A DNA stretch of 64,000 nucleotides from Mytilus trossulus (lineage: Eukaryota). The position numbers and the translations under genes were made by a program. The notes below the pieces were generated by a model. The model did no database searches. It was not told where the DNA came from and saw nothing but the letters and a program-made list of their open reading frames with translations. The DNA lies in the NCBI RefSeq assembly GCF_036588685.1, contig NW_026963314.1:2356001-2420000 (forward strand), written 5' to 3'. Below, in pieces: positions 1-14,564 of this stretch (the stretch's first letter is position 1; every line of letters begins with the position of its first letter).

Positions 1-1540
1 ACACCCTGTTATCTTTACATTATATATCTACTATAGGACGTTCCTAAGACCCCCTGTTGATTGCTTTTCATGTTTATACAATAGGGCGTTCTTAAAAATC
101 ACCTGTTTTCTCATCATTATTTATCTGCTATAAGACGTTCTATAGGATCCCATGTACATGTAGTTTGTTTATCATGTATATTATATAGGGCGTTCAATAG
201 GATCCCCTAGGTAGTCGACAGGATTCCCTTTTGTTTGAACATTATATATAAACTATAGAACGTTCTATAGGATACCCTATTGTTTATTTTTGATGTATCT
301 ACTAGAGGACTTTCTACGGAATCTCTTGGTCGGTCTGTGTGATCCTCTGCTTTCTCAACATTATGTATCTACTACAAGACATTCTACAGGATCCCCTGAT
401 GTTTGTTTTTCAAGTATATACTATAGGGCGTTCTACAAGATCCCCTGGGCGGTCTACAGGATCCCCTGTTTTCTCATCATAATAGATCTACTATAAGACG
501 TTCTATAGGCCCCCCTGTTGTTTGTTTTTCAGGTATATTCTATAGGGCATTCTACAGATTCCCCTGTTGTCTGAACATAATATATCTACTATAAGATGTT
601 TTATAGGATCCCCTATTTTTTTGTTAATCAGGTATATATTAAATGGCGTTCTACAGGATCCAGTGGGCGGTCTATAGGATTCCCGTTTGTTTAAAAATAT
701 ATATATCTACTATAAGACGTTCCAAAGTATCCCCTGTTGTTTGTTTTTCATTTATATACTAAAGGGCGTTCTACAGAATCCCCTGGACGGTTTATAGGAT
801 CCCCTGTTTGCCAAACATAATATATCTACTATAAGACGTTCTATAGGGCCCCCTGTTGTTTGTTTTTCAAGTATATACTATAGGGCGATCTACAGGATCC
901 CCTGGGCGGTCTACATGATCCCTTGTTTTCTCAAAATAATATATCTACTATAAGACGTTCTATAGGATCCCCTTTTGTTTGTTAATCAAGTATATACTAA
1001 AGGGCGTTATACAGGATCCCCTAGTTGGTCTTCAGGATCCCTTGTTGTCTGAACATTATATATCATTAAAGGACGTTCTATAAGACCCCTTGTTGATTGT
1101 TTTTCATACTATAGGGCGTTCTTCAGGATCCCCTGGGCGCTCTACAGGATTCCCTGTTGTCTTTACATTATAAATCTACTATATGACGTTCTATAGGATC
1201 CCCTATATTGTTTGTTTATTATTTATATATTAAAAGGCGTTCTATTGGATCCCCTGGGCAGTCTACAGGATGCCCTGTTGATTGTTTTTATGTTTATACT
1301 ATCGGGCGTTCTACAGGATCCCCTGGGCGTTCTACAGAATCCCCTTTTTTTTTTTAAAATATGCATCTGAGATATGAAATTATATAGGTTCCCCTGTTCT
1401 TTGTTTTTCATGTATCTATTAGAGAACGTTCTATATGATCCCCTGTTGGGTCTATAGGATCACTTCTTGTTTAATAATCGTGTAGCTGCTATACGGTATT
1501 ATATAGGATCCCGGGGCGGTCTATAGGATCCCTGGTTATT
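1..1540 (+). repeat. Degenerate complex tandem repeat (core tctataggatcccctgtt); left arm of a foldback-like inverted structure, runs off window start
   Basis: Recurrent gcgttctacaggatcccctg / actatagggcg motifs every ~20-60 bp; reverse complement of the 4330-10890 array. Confidence 0.85.
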
Positions 1541-3002
1541 TTTTTTATGTCGGACATGATTTTTCTCTCCTTTTTCTGATACGATTTAATAACTTACACT
1601 ACAGTTAATTTTTTGGAATTGTAATCATTTTTGTTAAAACTAAATTACACACTCAAAAGTGTTACTGATGTTTGAAGCTTTTATTTGAATGGATGCAGCC
1701 TGCATTAGACGGTATCCGGTATGCGGGGAGAGGGAATTTCGGTGGTTGAAACCCCATTTTTTTCGATTTTTTTTTATTTTGTGGACGTCCTGCCAATTTC
1801 TTTATGTACCTGTTCCAAGTCAAGAGCCCGTAGTTCAGTGGTTGTCGTTACATGGTTCATGTCTGTCATATATGTTTCTCGTAAATTGTTTTATTATGAA
1901 TTAGACCGTCAGTTAAATTCGAAAGGTATTGATTCTTATTTTTCATGTCGGGACCTTTTATAGCCGACTATAACTGCTTACATCTATTTATTTTTTTTGA
2001 AATTTGACAATTATATCACATCTCCTTATTTTTATATTGAAAATATAAATGAGGTTTGATAAAATGTTATTCTCACTAAAAACAAAAACTGTTTCGTTCC
2101 TTTGTCGGATGCTATATAGTTGCAGAATATTGAAAGGTTCCCGAATCATGACATTGATATAAAAAAAAATCATGTTGAAGGATTTTTTGTTTTCTCTGTC
2201 TTTCAGGTATCAAGTCCTCTCCCACCCTAGATACAATTTGATTTAGTGGAGCTTTTTCTACCAGTAGCTATAGCTTGTAATACACAGACATCTCATTTGA
2301 AATTGTACCACATCTTTTCATTTTAATATCATGTTTATTTACATATACGTGTCTTTTCTTGGATCAGTGGTTAGCTACCACCATTCCACATTCGAATTCC
2401 TTTATCAAGTTACAATATCCCGATCCTTTAATAAAAAAATCTTTGTTGTATTGTTCAAATATGTATTTATTATCTTTTTTTAAATTGCTGGTAAATAATA
2501 TATTAAGTAAAATTCAAAATATGCTAATTACTCTTTTAGAATCTAGTCACCTGTCGGTATATATAAATATTTATTTTTGTACGAGGATTATTTTTTTTTT
2601 TATATTTTTATTTTGTACTGTCCTTTTCTTTTGTCTTGTATACGTATTCAGTGGTTGTTTGCTTAGGTGTTACGTATTTGTTTTTCGTTCATTTTTTGTA
2701 CATAAATAAGCCGTTTGTTTTCTCGATTTGCATTGTTATTTCGGGGCATTTTATAGCTGACTATGCGGTATGGGCTTTGTTCATTGTTGACGACCGCACG
2801 GTGACATATAGTTGGTAGTTTCTGTGTCTTTTTGGACTTTTTTGGAAAGTTGTCTCTCTGCAATCATACAACACCTTTTTTATATCTATTGTACACATTT
2901 TGTTTTTGCCTCTGATATAGTCACCTTAAAAGGGTTCCTTGATAGAATCTTAATTGTCAAAATGAATTGTTTTGTGCTTATTTTCACTTCAAATACCATA
3001 GA

Positions 3003-3355
3003 TAAAATTGAGAATGGAATTAATGGGGAATGTATCAAAAAGACAACAACCCGACCATAGAAAAAACAACAGCAGAAGGTCACCAACAAGTCTTCAATGT
3101 AACGAGAAATACCCGCACTCGGAGGCGTCCTTCAGCTGGCCCCTACACATTATATACTAGTTCAGTGATAATGAACGCCATAGTAATTTCCAAATTGTAC
3201 ACAAGAAACTAAAATTAAAATAATACAAGACTTACAAAGACCAGAGGCTCCTAACTTGGGACATGCGCAAAAATGCGGCGGGGTTAAACATGTTTATGAG
3301 ATCTCAACCCTCCCCTATACCTCCAGCCAATGTAGAAAAGCAAACGCATAACTAT
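3003..3355 (+). mobile_element. Interspersed repeat (aaattgagaatggaaatggggaatg... family)
   Basis: Related copies at ~14968, ~19440-19530, ~37520-37770. Confidence 0.6.
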
Positions 3356-4329
3356 AATAGGACAGCAAGAAACAAACAATGCAATAATATATTTGGCCAA
3401 GCAATTCTTCAGGAAAGCTCAAAGTGATTGTACAGGAAGGCTCCGAGTGATATTACAGTAAACGTGCAAGCGATTGTACAGTCAATAAAAATATCCGACA
3501 TTGAGAAAATGCATATATTTGGATTTCTACTGGGACAATGGCTTTGAAACTTTCAGACAGGTAAGACTATAAATCAGAAAAGGTACATGTGAAAATGCAG
3601 GTAGCAAACATTGATTTTCGATGTATATTTGACAGTTTTGATCGCTGTTGTGTGACAATTTTTATCGTTTTACACGGAGCTCCACCATTCTAAGGAACAC
3701 GTTTGGGTGCATATATGTTTCTTATCATTTTATTGGTTCATATTTACATAAAGAATGTTTTAGATATCAAAACTTGAAACAGAAACGTTGTATAGTTGCA
3801 TAAGAGTTCATCAAAGTTTCCATCAAGAAACTTGTTATTTTGCAAATGTCGGAGCCCCGCTTGACAGTTTCCCAAATGATCAATTAGAAAACCGTACAGT
3901 TCCGTTCCCACACTGTGACCTTGTCATTGCTAGGTTACCGTCAGCAATTTTGAAATAAAATGTATACTAAAAAAACACAACTACCTACTGCTAGGTACAT
4001 GTAGTTCTGAGGATCATACAAATGGTTGAAACCTACTTTGTATATTGAATATCATGGTTCTATGCTCAGGAATACTATAATTATATACAAAAAACATTAA
4101 AAAAAAACTGTTGACCAGTGTTTATAGTAAGCGAGACCATCTTGGACCATCCCATTATTAAAAAGCACAACTTTATATAATGGTTTACATTATGCCATAA
4201 TTCCATAAATATGAATGTGTCTATCCTTTTCCGAGAACTTGTCGGGACAATAAAATTCTGGTGAAAAAGAAAAAAAAACAGAAAAAAAACCAACCAATAA
4301 CAATATGCACCCTCGCCCTTTGAAAGGGA

Positions 4330-7300
4330 TACCATAGAACGCTATATAGCAGATGCAAGGTAATTCAACAATGCAATAGGGGATTCTATAGACAGACCCG
4401 GGGATCCTATAGAACGCACTATAGAATATGCGCGATTATTAAACAAAACAGGATCCTATAGACCGCCCAGGGGATCGTATACAACAACCTATTATAGATA
4501 CATGATGCACAACCAACAGGGGATCCTATAGACCGCCCCGGGGATCCAATAGAACGCCCTATAGCAGATACACAATTATTAAACCACAATGGATCCTATG
4601 GAACGCCTATGGGATCATATATATAACGCCCTCTAATAGATCCATGATGAAAAAACTACAGGGCTCCTATTGACCGACCCTGGGATTTTATGGAACACCC
4701 TCTAGAAGAAACATGTTGAACAAACAACAGAGGATCCTATGGACCGACCCGGGGATCCCAAAGAATTCCCTATAGCAGATGAGCGATTATAAAACAATAC
4801 GGGGTCCTATAGACCGCCCAGGGGATCCTATAAAACAACCTGTTATATATTCATGATTAACAACCAACAGGACATCCTATAGAACGCCCAATACATATAT
4901 ACAACTATTAAACCACAGGGGGTCATATCGACCGCCCATGGGAGCATATATATAACGCCCTCTAATAGATACATGATGAAAAAAATACAGGGCTCCTATA
5001 GACCGACCCTGGGGTTTATGGAACACCCTCTAGAAGAAACATGTTGAACAAACAACAGGGGATCATATAGCAGATACACGATTATAACATAACAGGTTAT
5101 CCTATAGACACAACAGGGGATCAATTAAAACGCTCTCTAGTAGATAAATCTAGTGAATACATGATAACCAAACAATGGGATCCTATAGACCACCCCGGGA
5201 ATCCTATAGAACGCCATATACAGATACACAACTATTAAACCACAGGGCTCCTATATAGACCGACCCTGGCATTTTATAAAACACCCTCTGGAAGAAACAT
5301 GTTTAACAAACAACAGGAATCATTTTCACCGACCTGGGGATTCTATAGAATAACCTGTTATAGATACATGATGAACAACCAACAGGGGATCCTATAGACC
5401 GCCCCAAGGATCCAATAGAACGCCCTATAGCAGATACATAATTATTAAACCACAAGGGATCTTATAGAACGCCCTCTAATAGATATACATGGTGCACAAA
5501 CAACAAGGCTCCTATAGACCGACCCGGTTATCCCAAAGAATGTCCTTCGGGGATTCTACATGGAACGCCCTATAGCAGATACACAACTATTAACCTATCC
5601 CGAAGACCGACCCTTGGATGTTCAGGGGATCATGTAGAACGCCCTGTAATATATACATGAAAAACAAACAACAGTCTAACCTATATAGAACGTCCCATAG
5701 TAGATGTATAATATTCAAACAACAGGGGACCCTGTATAGCGTCCTTTAGTAAATATATGTTCAGACAACAGGGGATTCTGTAGACCGCCCAGGGGATCCT
5801 GTAGAACGCCCCTTAGTATATACACGATAAACAAACAATAGGGGATCATATAAAACGTTCTATAGTAGATATATAATGTTCAGACAACAGGGGATCCCGT
5901 AGAACGCCCTTTAATATATACATAATAAACAAACAATATATGGGATTCTATAAAACGTTTTATAGTAGATATATAATGTTCAGACAAAATAGGATACTGT
6001 AGAACGCCCTATAAAATAAACACGAACAACACCAGCAGGGGATCCTATTTTAGATATTTAACGTTGAGAAAAAAGGAGATCCTGCAGACCGCTCAAGGGA
6101 TCATAAAAGCCTTATAGTATATACATGAAAAACAAACTACAGAGGGACCTACAGAATTTCCTATCTCAGATGGATACTTTTAAACAAAAGAGGATCCTGT
6201 AGAACGACCTGTAGTATAAACATGAAAAACAATCGATAGGGGCTCTTATAGGACGTCCTTTAGTAAATGTATAATGTTCAGACAACAGGGGATTGTGTAG
6301 ACCGCCAAGTGAATGAACAACAAACAACAGGGGATCCTATAGAACGTCGTATAGTAGATAAATAATGCTGAGAAAAGAGGGTATTCGGCAGACCGCCCAG
6401 AGGATACTGTAGAACGCCCTATAGTAAGAACAAGAACAACAAACAACAGTCTAACCTATATAGAACGTCCCATAGTAGATGTATAATGTTGAGAAAACAG
6501 GGGATCCTGTAGATCGCCTACAGAATCCTGTAGAAACGCCCAATAGTATACACTTGAAAAAAAAACAGGGGATACCGTAGAACGCCCTATAATATATACA
6601 TGAACAACAAACAACAGGGGATCATATAGAACGTCTTATAGACCAACAGACCAACCAAGTGATCCTATAGAAAGACTTATAGTATATACATGATAATTGA
6701 ACAACAGGGGAACCTTTAGAATGTCCTATCTTAAATGCATAATTTTCATAAACAACAGGGGACCCTGTAGACCGCCCAAGGGATCCTGTAGAACGCCATT
6801 TAGTATCTACCTGAAAAACAAATAGCAGGGGAACCTATGGAATTTCTTATCTCAGATGCATACTATTTTAACAAAAGAGGATCCTGTAGACCACCCAGGT
6901 GATACTGTAGAACGCCCTATAGTATAAACATAAACAACAGGGGACCCTATAGAACATCCTATAGTAGATATATAATTTAAAGAAAACAGGGGATCCTGTA
7001 GACCGCCTAGGGGATCCTGTAGAACGCCCTATATATAGAATACACTTGAAAAAACAAACAACACGGGAACCTGTAGAACGTCTTATAGTAAATAAATAAT
7101 GTTGAGAAAACAGGGAATCCTGCAGACCGCCCAGGGGATACTAGAGAACGCCCTATAGTATAAACACGAACAACAAACAACAGGGAGATCATAGAACGTC
7201 ATATAGTATTTATATAATGTTGAGAAAACAGGGTATCCTGCAGAACAACCAAGTGGTCCTGTAGAAAGCCTTATAGTATATACATGATAAATAAACAACA

Positions 7301-10300
7301 GGGGAACCTTAAGAATGTCCTATCTTAAATGCATAATTTTCATAAACAACAGGGGACCCTGTAGACCGTGCAATGGAATCATGTAGAACGCCCAATAGTA
7401 TAGCCTTGAAAAACAGTCTTCTGAACGTCCTATAGTAGATATATGACAACAGGGGATCCTGTAGAACGCCCTATAGTATATACTTGAAAAATAAACAACA
7501 GGGGATCCTAAAGAACGTCTTATAGTACATAATTAATGTTGAGAAAACAGGGGATCATGTAGACCGCCCAGGGGAAACTGTAGAACGCCCTATAGTATAA
7601 ACATGAACAACAAAAATAAACAACAGGGGGTCTTATAGAACGTACTATAGTAGATATATAATGTTAAGACAACAGGGGATCCTGCAGACCGCCCAAGTGA
7701 TCCTGTAGAACGCCCTTTAGTATATACTTGATTATAAAAAAGGGGATCCTATAGAGCGTCTTATAGTAGATAATTAATGTTGAGAAAACAGGGGATCCTG
7801 CAGACCGCCCGGTGGATACTGTAGAACGCCATATAGTATAAAGATGAACAACAAACAACAGAGGACCCTATATAACGTCCTATAGTAGATATATATATAT
7901 AATGTTGAGAAAACAGGGTATCCTGCAGACCGCCCAGGGGATACTGTAGAACGCCCTATAGTATAAACACGAACAATAAACAACAGGGGATCCTGCAGAC
8001 CCCCCGGGGGATACTGTAGAACGCCCTGTAGTATAAAGATGAACAACAAACAACAGAGGACCCCATAGAACGTCCTTTAGTAGATATATAATGTTGAGAA
8101 AACAGGGGATCCTGCAGACCGCCTAGGGGATCCTGTAGAACGCCCTTTAGTATATACTTGATTAACAAAAAAAGGGGATCCTATAGAACGTCTTATAGTT
8201 GATAATTAATGTTGAGAAAACAGGTGATCCTGCAGACCGCCAGGGGGATACTGTAGAACGCCCTGTAGTATAAAGATGAACAACAAACAACAGAGGACCC
8301 CAAAGAACGTCCTATAGTAGATATATAATGTTGAGAAAACAGGGGATTCTGCAGACCGCCTAGGGGATCCTGTAGAACGCCCTATAGTATACGCTTGAAA
8401 AACAAACAACAGGGAATCCTGTAGATCGTTTTACAGTAAATAAATAATGTTAAGAAAACAGGGCATCCTGCAGACCGCCCAGGGGATACTGTAGAACGCC
8501 CTATAGTATAAACACGAACAATAAACAACAGGGGATCCTGCAGATCGCCCAATGGATCCTGTAGAACGCCCTTTCGTATATACTTGATTAACAAAAAAAG
8601 GGGATCCTATTGAACGTCTTATAGTAGATAATTAATGTTGAGAAAACAGGGGATCCTGCAGACCGCCTAGGGGATCCTGTAGAACGCCTTATATATAGTA
8701 TACATTTGAAAAACAAACAACAGGGAATCCTGTAGATCGTCTTACAGTAAATAAATAATGTTGAGAAAACAGGGGATCCTGCAGACCGCCCAGGGGATAG
8801 TATAGAACGCCCTATAGTATCAACACGAACAATAAACAACAGGGGATCCTGCAGACCGCCCAAGGGATCCTGTAGAACGCCCTTTAGTATATACTTGATT
8901 AACAAAAAAGGGGATCCTATAGAATGTCTTATAGTTGATAATTAATGTTAAGAAAACAGGGGATCCTGCAGACCGCCCGGGGGATACTGTAGAACGCCCT
9001 ATAGTATAAAGATGAACTACAAACAACAGGGGAACCTGTAGAACGTCTTATAGTAAATAAATAATGTTGAGAAAACAGGGGATCCTGCAGACCGCCCAAG
9101 GGATCTTAAAAGCCCTTTAGTATCTACCTGAAAAACAAATAACAGAGGAACCTATATAATTTCCTATCTCAGATTCATAATATTTTAACAAAAGAGGATC
9201 CTGTAGACCACCCAGGGGATACTGTAGAACGCCCTATAGTATAAACATATTAAACAAACAACAGGGGACCCTATAGAACGTCTTATAGTAGATATATAAT
9301 GTTGAAAAAGAGAAGATCCTGTAGACCAACCAAGGGATTCTATAGAAAGCCTTATAGTATATACATGATAGGCAAACAACAGGGGAACATATTGAAAGTA
9401 CTATCTTAAATGCATAATTTTTATAAACAGGGTATCCTGTAGATCGCTCAGGTATTCTGTAGAACGCCCTATAGTATATACTTGAAAAACAAACAACAGG
9501 GGATCATATACGTCTTATAGTATATATATAATGTTGAGAAAACAAGGGATCCTGTAGAACGCCCTATAGTATACACTTGAAAACAAACAGGGGATCCTGT
9601 AAAACGTTCTCTTAGCCTAGTAGATACACTAGAAACAAACAATAGGGTATCATATAGAACGTTCTATAATTTATATATAATGTTGAGAAAACAGGGGATC
9701 CCAAAGACCGACCAAGGGATCCTGTAGAGAGTCCTCTAGTATAAACATAATAAACAAACAACTGGCGATTCTTTAGAACGTTCTCTTAGCCTAGTAGATA
9801 CATCAAAAACAAACAATAGGGTATCATATAGAACGTTATATAGTTAATATATAATATTCAGACAACAGGGGATCTAGAGAACACGCCATTTAGTATAATA
9901 CACAAACAATATGAGATCCCATATATATTTTTTCTCCAAAATTACAGTGCCCATAAAAGGCATTAAATCAGATACAATTGATTTACATAATTGGTAACAA
10001 CAACAATAATAGAGGCGTACACATATATATTTGGAAAATGAGCATTGGTCAGAATCAAGCCAAAAAATAATAAAATTACATTATATATGTATTTATTCTC
10101 AAATTGTTTACTTGACTTAGTGTCAGAGTTCATACTTGATCTCCTTAATTCAAAACAGTCACCAATAGAACAGCCCAGTTTTTCCATAAGAGTAACATGT
10201 TTTGAGTCAAGAGCCATAAAAATTTAGAAGATTTTAAATTTATAAAATTATAACAATTGTTAGAAATGTAATTAGAACAAAGACATTGTCTTATCGGGCC

Positions 10301-10890
10301 CTTTTATAGCTGACTATGCGGTATGGGCTTTGCTCGTTGTTGAAGGCCGTATGGTGACCTATAGTTGTTAATATTTGTTTCATTTTGGTCTCTGTGGATA
10401 GTTGTCTCATTGGCAATCATACCACATCTTCTTTTTTTTATTTTATATATGACAATATTTTTACATTGATAAAATTATAGTAAAATATAAAGGAAATCTA
10501 CCAATCTCTGACATTACAGCTATATTACTTGACTTTCTGTTTACACCAAGAATGTATTTCTTAAATTTGGTATGAGCTTTTTCAGAAGAATCCTGACCAG
10601 AAACTTGTTCCTATAGAACGTTATATACTATACTAGATATATATGTATATAATATTCAGACAACAATGGATCCTGTAGACTGCCCAGGGGATCCTGTAGA
10701 ACGTCCTTTAGTGTATACATGATAAACAAACAATATAAGGAATCCTATAGAACGTTCTGTAGTAAATATACAGGGTTCATACAACAGGGGATCATGTAGA
10801 ACGCCCTCACATAGCTTTATTGTAAACAAGTAACAATGGTTCCTATAGAACGTCACGCTATAGTAGAATGGTCAGACAACAGGGGGTCAG
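4330..10890 (-). repeat. Same complex tandem repeat in opposite orientation (core aacaggggatcctgtagaacgccctatagta); right arm, interrupted at ~9920-10610
   Basis: Dozens of motif copies; sub-blocks mirror the order of those in 1-1540. Confidence 0.85.
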
Positions 10891-11498
10891 ATTACAGATT
10901 CGTTTCTTTAAACGCAGACCAGTTTAAACATCCTCTCACACTCCTGTAAAGCCTTAATTTAGTACGTGTAACATGTTTAACATGTGTAGGCTATATCTTT
11001 TTTTCAATTTGCCTACATAAAAATACTCTTTTAAAAGGATAATACAAATATTATTAATTCCATAGTACATCCAAAGCCATGGGACCACGTGCATGTGACA
11101 TTTGCAGGTCTTTACAACATAATTAAGGCACTTTTAAAGTACTACTGTTGATCATATCTATATCAAATGTATCATACAATGTATGTATTTTAAAAAGGAA
11201 TCTGTATATCATATTTTCACAATGATATATGCTACTGTAATGCGGTACATTTTCCTTTTTTTCATGTGATAAAAAATAAATAAAGCAAATTCACCGTGTT
11301 ACATGAAAGTTAATGATTTTGAGTCGTTTTTTTTTAATAGTTGTACATGTTGAGAATATTCTATTTTTAGAATAAGTATTTTCAGAATCGTTTATAAATA
11401 GCCTATAAATAGAATATGCATAATTCATGAATCGTGACGTAGGGCGGTCTACGGGATCCCTTCTTCCGCTTACCATTCACCTGTTACCTATTACCTTA

Positions 11499-11991
11499 TC
11501 TGTACGTTCCGCATCTGACAGGCCAAAAGTAATATTTAGGATGCTACATATATTAGACGGGTCATAATCACAGGCTTGACACTACTAAATTCAATCATTG
11601 TCAATTTGTTCCCTATTGTAGTAATTTAATTAGTAAGACTTTCTAAGATGACCATACGAATACTAAAAATCTGTAAGGCGTAGTTTTCAATATGTTAGCG
11701 GGCATGACGTAAAACAGCGAATCAAAGAGTTCAACTGTAGGACAATGCTGTTGATTAAAAAATACTCCATTCAAGGACCTTTTGATTTCCAAATAATTAA
11801 TATTACCAATATTAATTGATAAGTTCCAGGTCGACAGGTTCAAGCAGAAAGATTTTGAAAGCAGAGAAAACTGTGCATCTTATAATCGGCATGACTTTAT
11901 CAGATGAAAATACCAATACTACAATAAGACTTACGCATGGTTATATACTTTAATTCAATCACGGACCCGCGATTTCACGGGTGTGTTCTAG
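11499..11991 (+). mobile_element. Non-autonomous Helitron-like element
   Basis: Ends acccgcgatttcacgggt (hairpin) + gtgttCTAG followed by T; possible A|TC 5' end; second copy 18632-18977 and degenerate reverse copy at ~36708. Confidence 0.65.
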
Positions 11992-12053
11992 TTGTTATAA
12001 AATATATGTTTAATGACAGTAAAAATTGAAATAAATTATTTATATCATTATAG

Positions 12054-12116
12054 TACAAAGAGCGACAATATTCCAAGATGAAAACTGTCCTTATGATCCT
12101 TGTGGAAACATCCCAG
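12054..12116 (+). CDS. LRR-TM gene A, exon 2 (xQRATIFQDENCPYDPCGNIP)
   Basis: tag|ta...ccag|gtcagt, 63 nt, phase 1-1; matches paralog micro-exon pattern K(K/R)ATxYxxxxCxxxxxC. Confidence 0.8.
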
Positions 12117-12254
12117 GTCAGTATAGTATATGGAATGTATTTGATTCAGACACTAACTAATTTTGATAGATATTGTTAGAACATCAGTTTGTTCTTTAAT
12201 TAAATGTTAAGAATGCGTGTTACTTAATATGTTACCGAACTCAGTGTTCACAAA

Positions 12255-13595
12255 ACAAGAGGCTCTCAAGAGCCTGAATCGCTCGCCTTAATTTTTTTGG
12301 TTAAATCTCTCATCAATGATTATTTTGGCTTTTCAATTTATTTAAATGTTCTTTGAATCGTCCTATTTTCTTCAAAAGCAAAAAAAAAATCATTTTCTCC
12401 TTTGTTCTATTTTAGCCATAGGAGCTATGTTTCTTGACATACAAGGAAATAAAATATAAAATTTGTACTAGATACTCTGAAACTCATTTAGCCCAAGTTT
12501 TGCTGAAATTGATACAGCAGTTTCAAAGGAGAAGATTTTTTAAAGTAAGTCAACATGATGAACAAATTGTGAAAAAAGTCTTTAAAGGGCAATAACTCCT
12601 TAAGGGGTCAATTGACAATTTTGGTCAAATTGACTTATTTGTAGATCTTACTTTGCTTAATATTATGCTATATACAGTTTATCTGTATCTATAATAATAT
12701 TCAAGATAATAACAAAAAACTGCAAAATTTCTTTAAAATCATCAATTCAGGGGCATTATACCTGAAAAACCAGTTACCCAATTCGGCTGAAAATTTCAGG
12801 ACAGGTAGACCTCGACCTAATAAATACTTTAACTTCTTGTCTTATTTGTTCTAAATGCAGGAGTTTTTGAGATATAAGCCAAAAACTGCATTTTACCCTG
12901 TGTTCTATTTTTAGCCATGACGGCCATGTTTTTTGACGAAATAGAAAATAAAACACAAACTTTATTTTATACACCCTACTAATCATTCAGTTGAAGTTTG
13001 GTTGAATTTGGTTGAGTAGTTTTAGAGGAGAAGATTTTTTAAAGTTAGCAAATATGATGAACAAATTGTGAAAAATTGTCATTAAACATGTTAAAGGACA
13101 ATAACCCTTTGACAATTTTGGTCATATTAACTTATTTGGAGATCTTACTTAGCTGATCATTTTTGCTGTTTACAGTTTATCTTTATCTATAATAATATTC
13201 AAGATAATGACCAAAAACTGCAAAATTTCCTTAAAATTACCAATTAAGTGGCAGCAACCCAACAATGGGTTCTTTGATTCATCTGAAAATTTCAGGGCTG
13301 ATAGATCTTGACCTAATGAACATTTTTACCCCCATGTCAGATTTGCTCTAAATGCTTTCGTTTTTGAGATATAAGCCAAAAAATGCATTTGACCCCTATG
13401 TTCAGTTTTAAGTAACGGCGGCCATGTTTTTAGACGTATCAAAAATCGAAGCACAAACTTTGTGCACGATAATCTAAGGAACAATCATGCTAAGTTTCAT
13501 CCAAATCCATTCAGTAGTTTCAGAGGAGAAGATGTTTGAAAAATTGTTAACGACGACAGACGACGACGACAACGACGGACGCCCAGTAATGAGAA
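12255..13595. mobile_element. Helentron-associated/pearl-like non-autonomous element with ~498-bp internal repeats and (GAC)n/(GACG)n tail
   Basis: tgttctattttagccat-like motif at ~12403, 12901, 13399; gacgac microsatellite 13550-13582; architecture typical of bivalve HINE/pearl elements. Confidence 0.6.
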
Positions 13596-13667
13596 TGTCT
13601 TTGCCGCTCGGTAATCTTGTTATCAAGATGTTCCTATTTAATACGTAGTTTGTTATGCCAAACTTGA

Positions 13668-14445
13668 GACCCGTTCACACTAGCATTTTTTTTTATCGAT
13701 CTAATCTGAATCGATCTAAATAAAACCAGTTAGCGTTCACATTATCTTTAATCATAACGATCTTTATCGGTCTACTAATCTGAACCACTGCGTTCACACT
13801 GCAATTAAAAACGCAATCGATCTAACCTTTTTGCCCGTAAAACTGTAAACACTGTGTATAAATAGAAATTATTTATAAAATTCATGTGTTGATACACTGA
13901 TACACGCACTTGGGAAAAAAATGGATAATTTTATTGTTTCTCTTGAATCACAAGTTAACATTTTGATAATGGTGTTACATGTATTGCAGTTTTCCGTTTA
14001 ATGTTGAAAAAAATAACTGTAGCAACGAAGTCACAACACGACGCCGGAAATACTGTGGTTCCCACAAAGAAAAAAACCAACAGAATAAAAGACGACACAG
14101 ATTTCGCAAATCTATGCTACGGCGAAGACAACATGTTTTCAGTTCGTTTAAAAGGTCTTTTAGCAGAGAAATATGGGTTAAACAACGAACCTTTGAGATA
14201 GATGTGCCGCTACACATGCGCATTCGTTATTTCGATGCAATCGTACTAGTTTAAACAGATCTATGCGTTCACATCTAAAGTAAGATCGGTTTACTTTAGA
14301 TCGATTCAAACTAAACTACCTTTTTTGGTGTTTTAGTTTAGACCGATTGAAGATCGATTCAATGCGTTCACATTAGCCCTTAAACCGATCTAAAGAGAAC
14401 CGGTCTAGTTTAAATCGATAAAAATGACCTAGTGTGAACGGGGTC
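13668..14445. mobile_element. MITE, PIF/Harbinger-like
   Basis: TIRs gacccgttcacactag...atcgat / atcgat...ctagtgtgaacggggtc; flanks tga/tta (TWA-like TSD with one mismatch); subterminal gcgttcaca repeats. Confidence 0.75.
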
Positions 14446-14564
14446 TTAGAACACGTGTGTTAAAACATTTGACTTTACATTTTGAAACACATGTTTTCCC
14501 CTTGCCAAACTAAAAGAAAAATTGAAAGAGTTGATTAAATGAATAGCCGATTTATATATATATC

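Noticed and set aside
2185-2270. Strong-looking acceptor tctctgtctttcag|gt at 2206
   Set aside because: Stops in all three frames within ~40 nt and no family similarity
6246-9379. Many 60-105 aa minus-strand ORFs
   Set aside because: By-products of the tandem repeat, open in several frames
9963-10227. Possible retroelement coding remnant
   Set aside because: No motif I can identify with confidence
13975-14254. Three overlapping ORFs
   Set aside because: Inside a MITE, no recognisable domain
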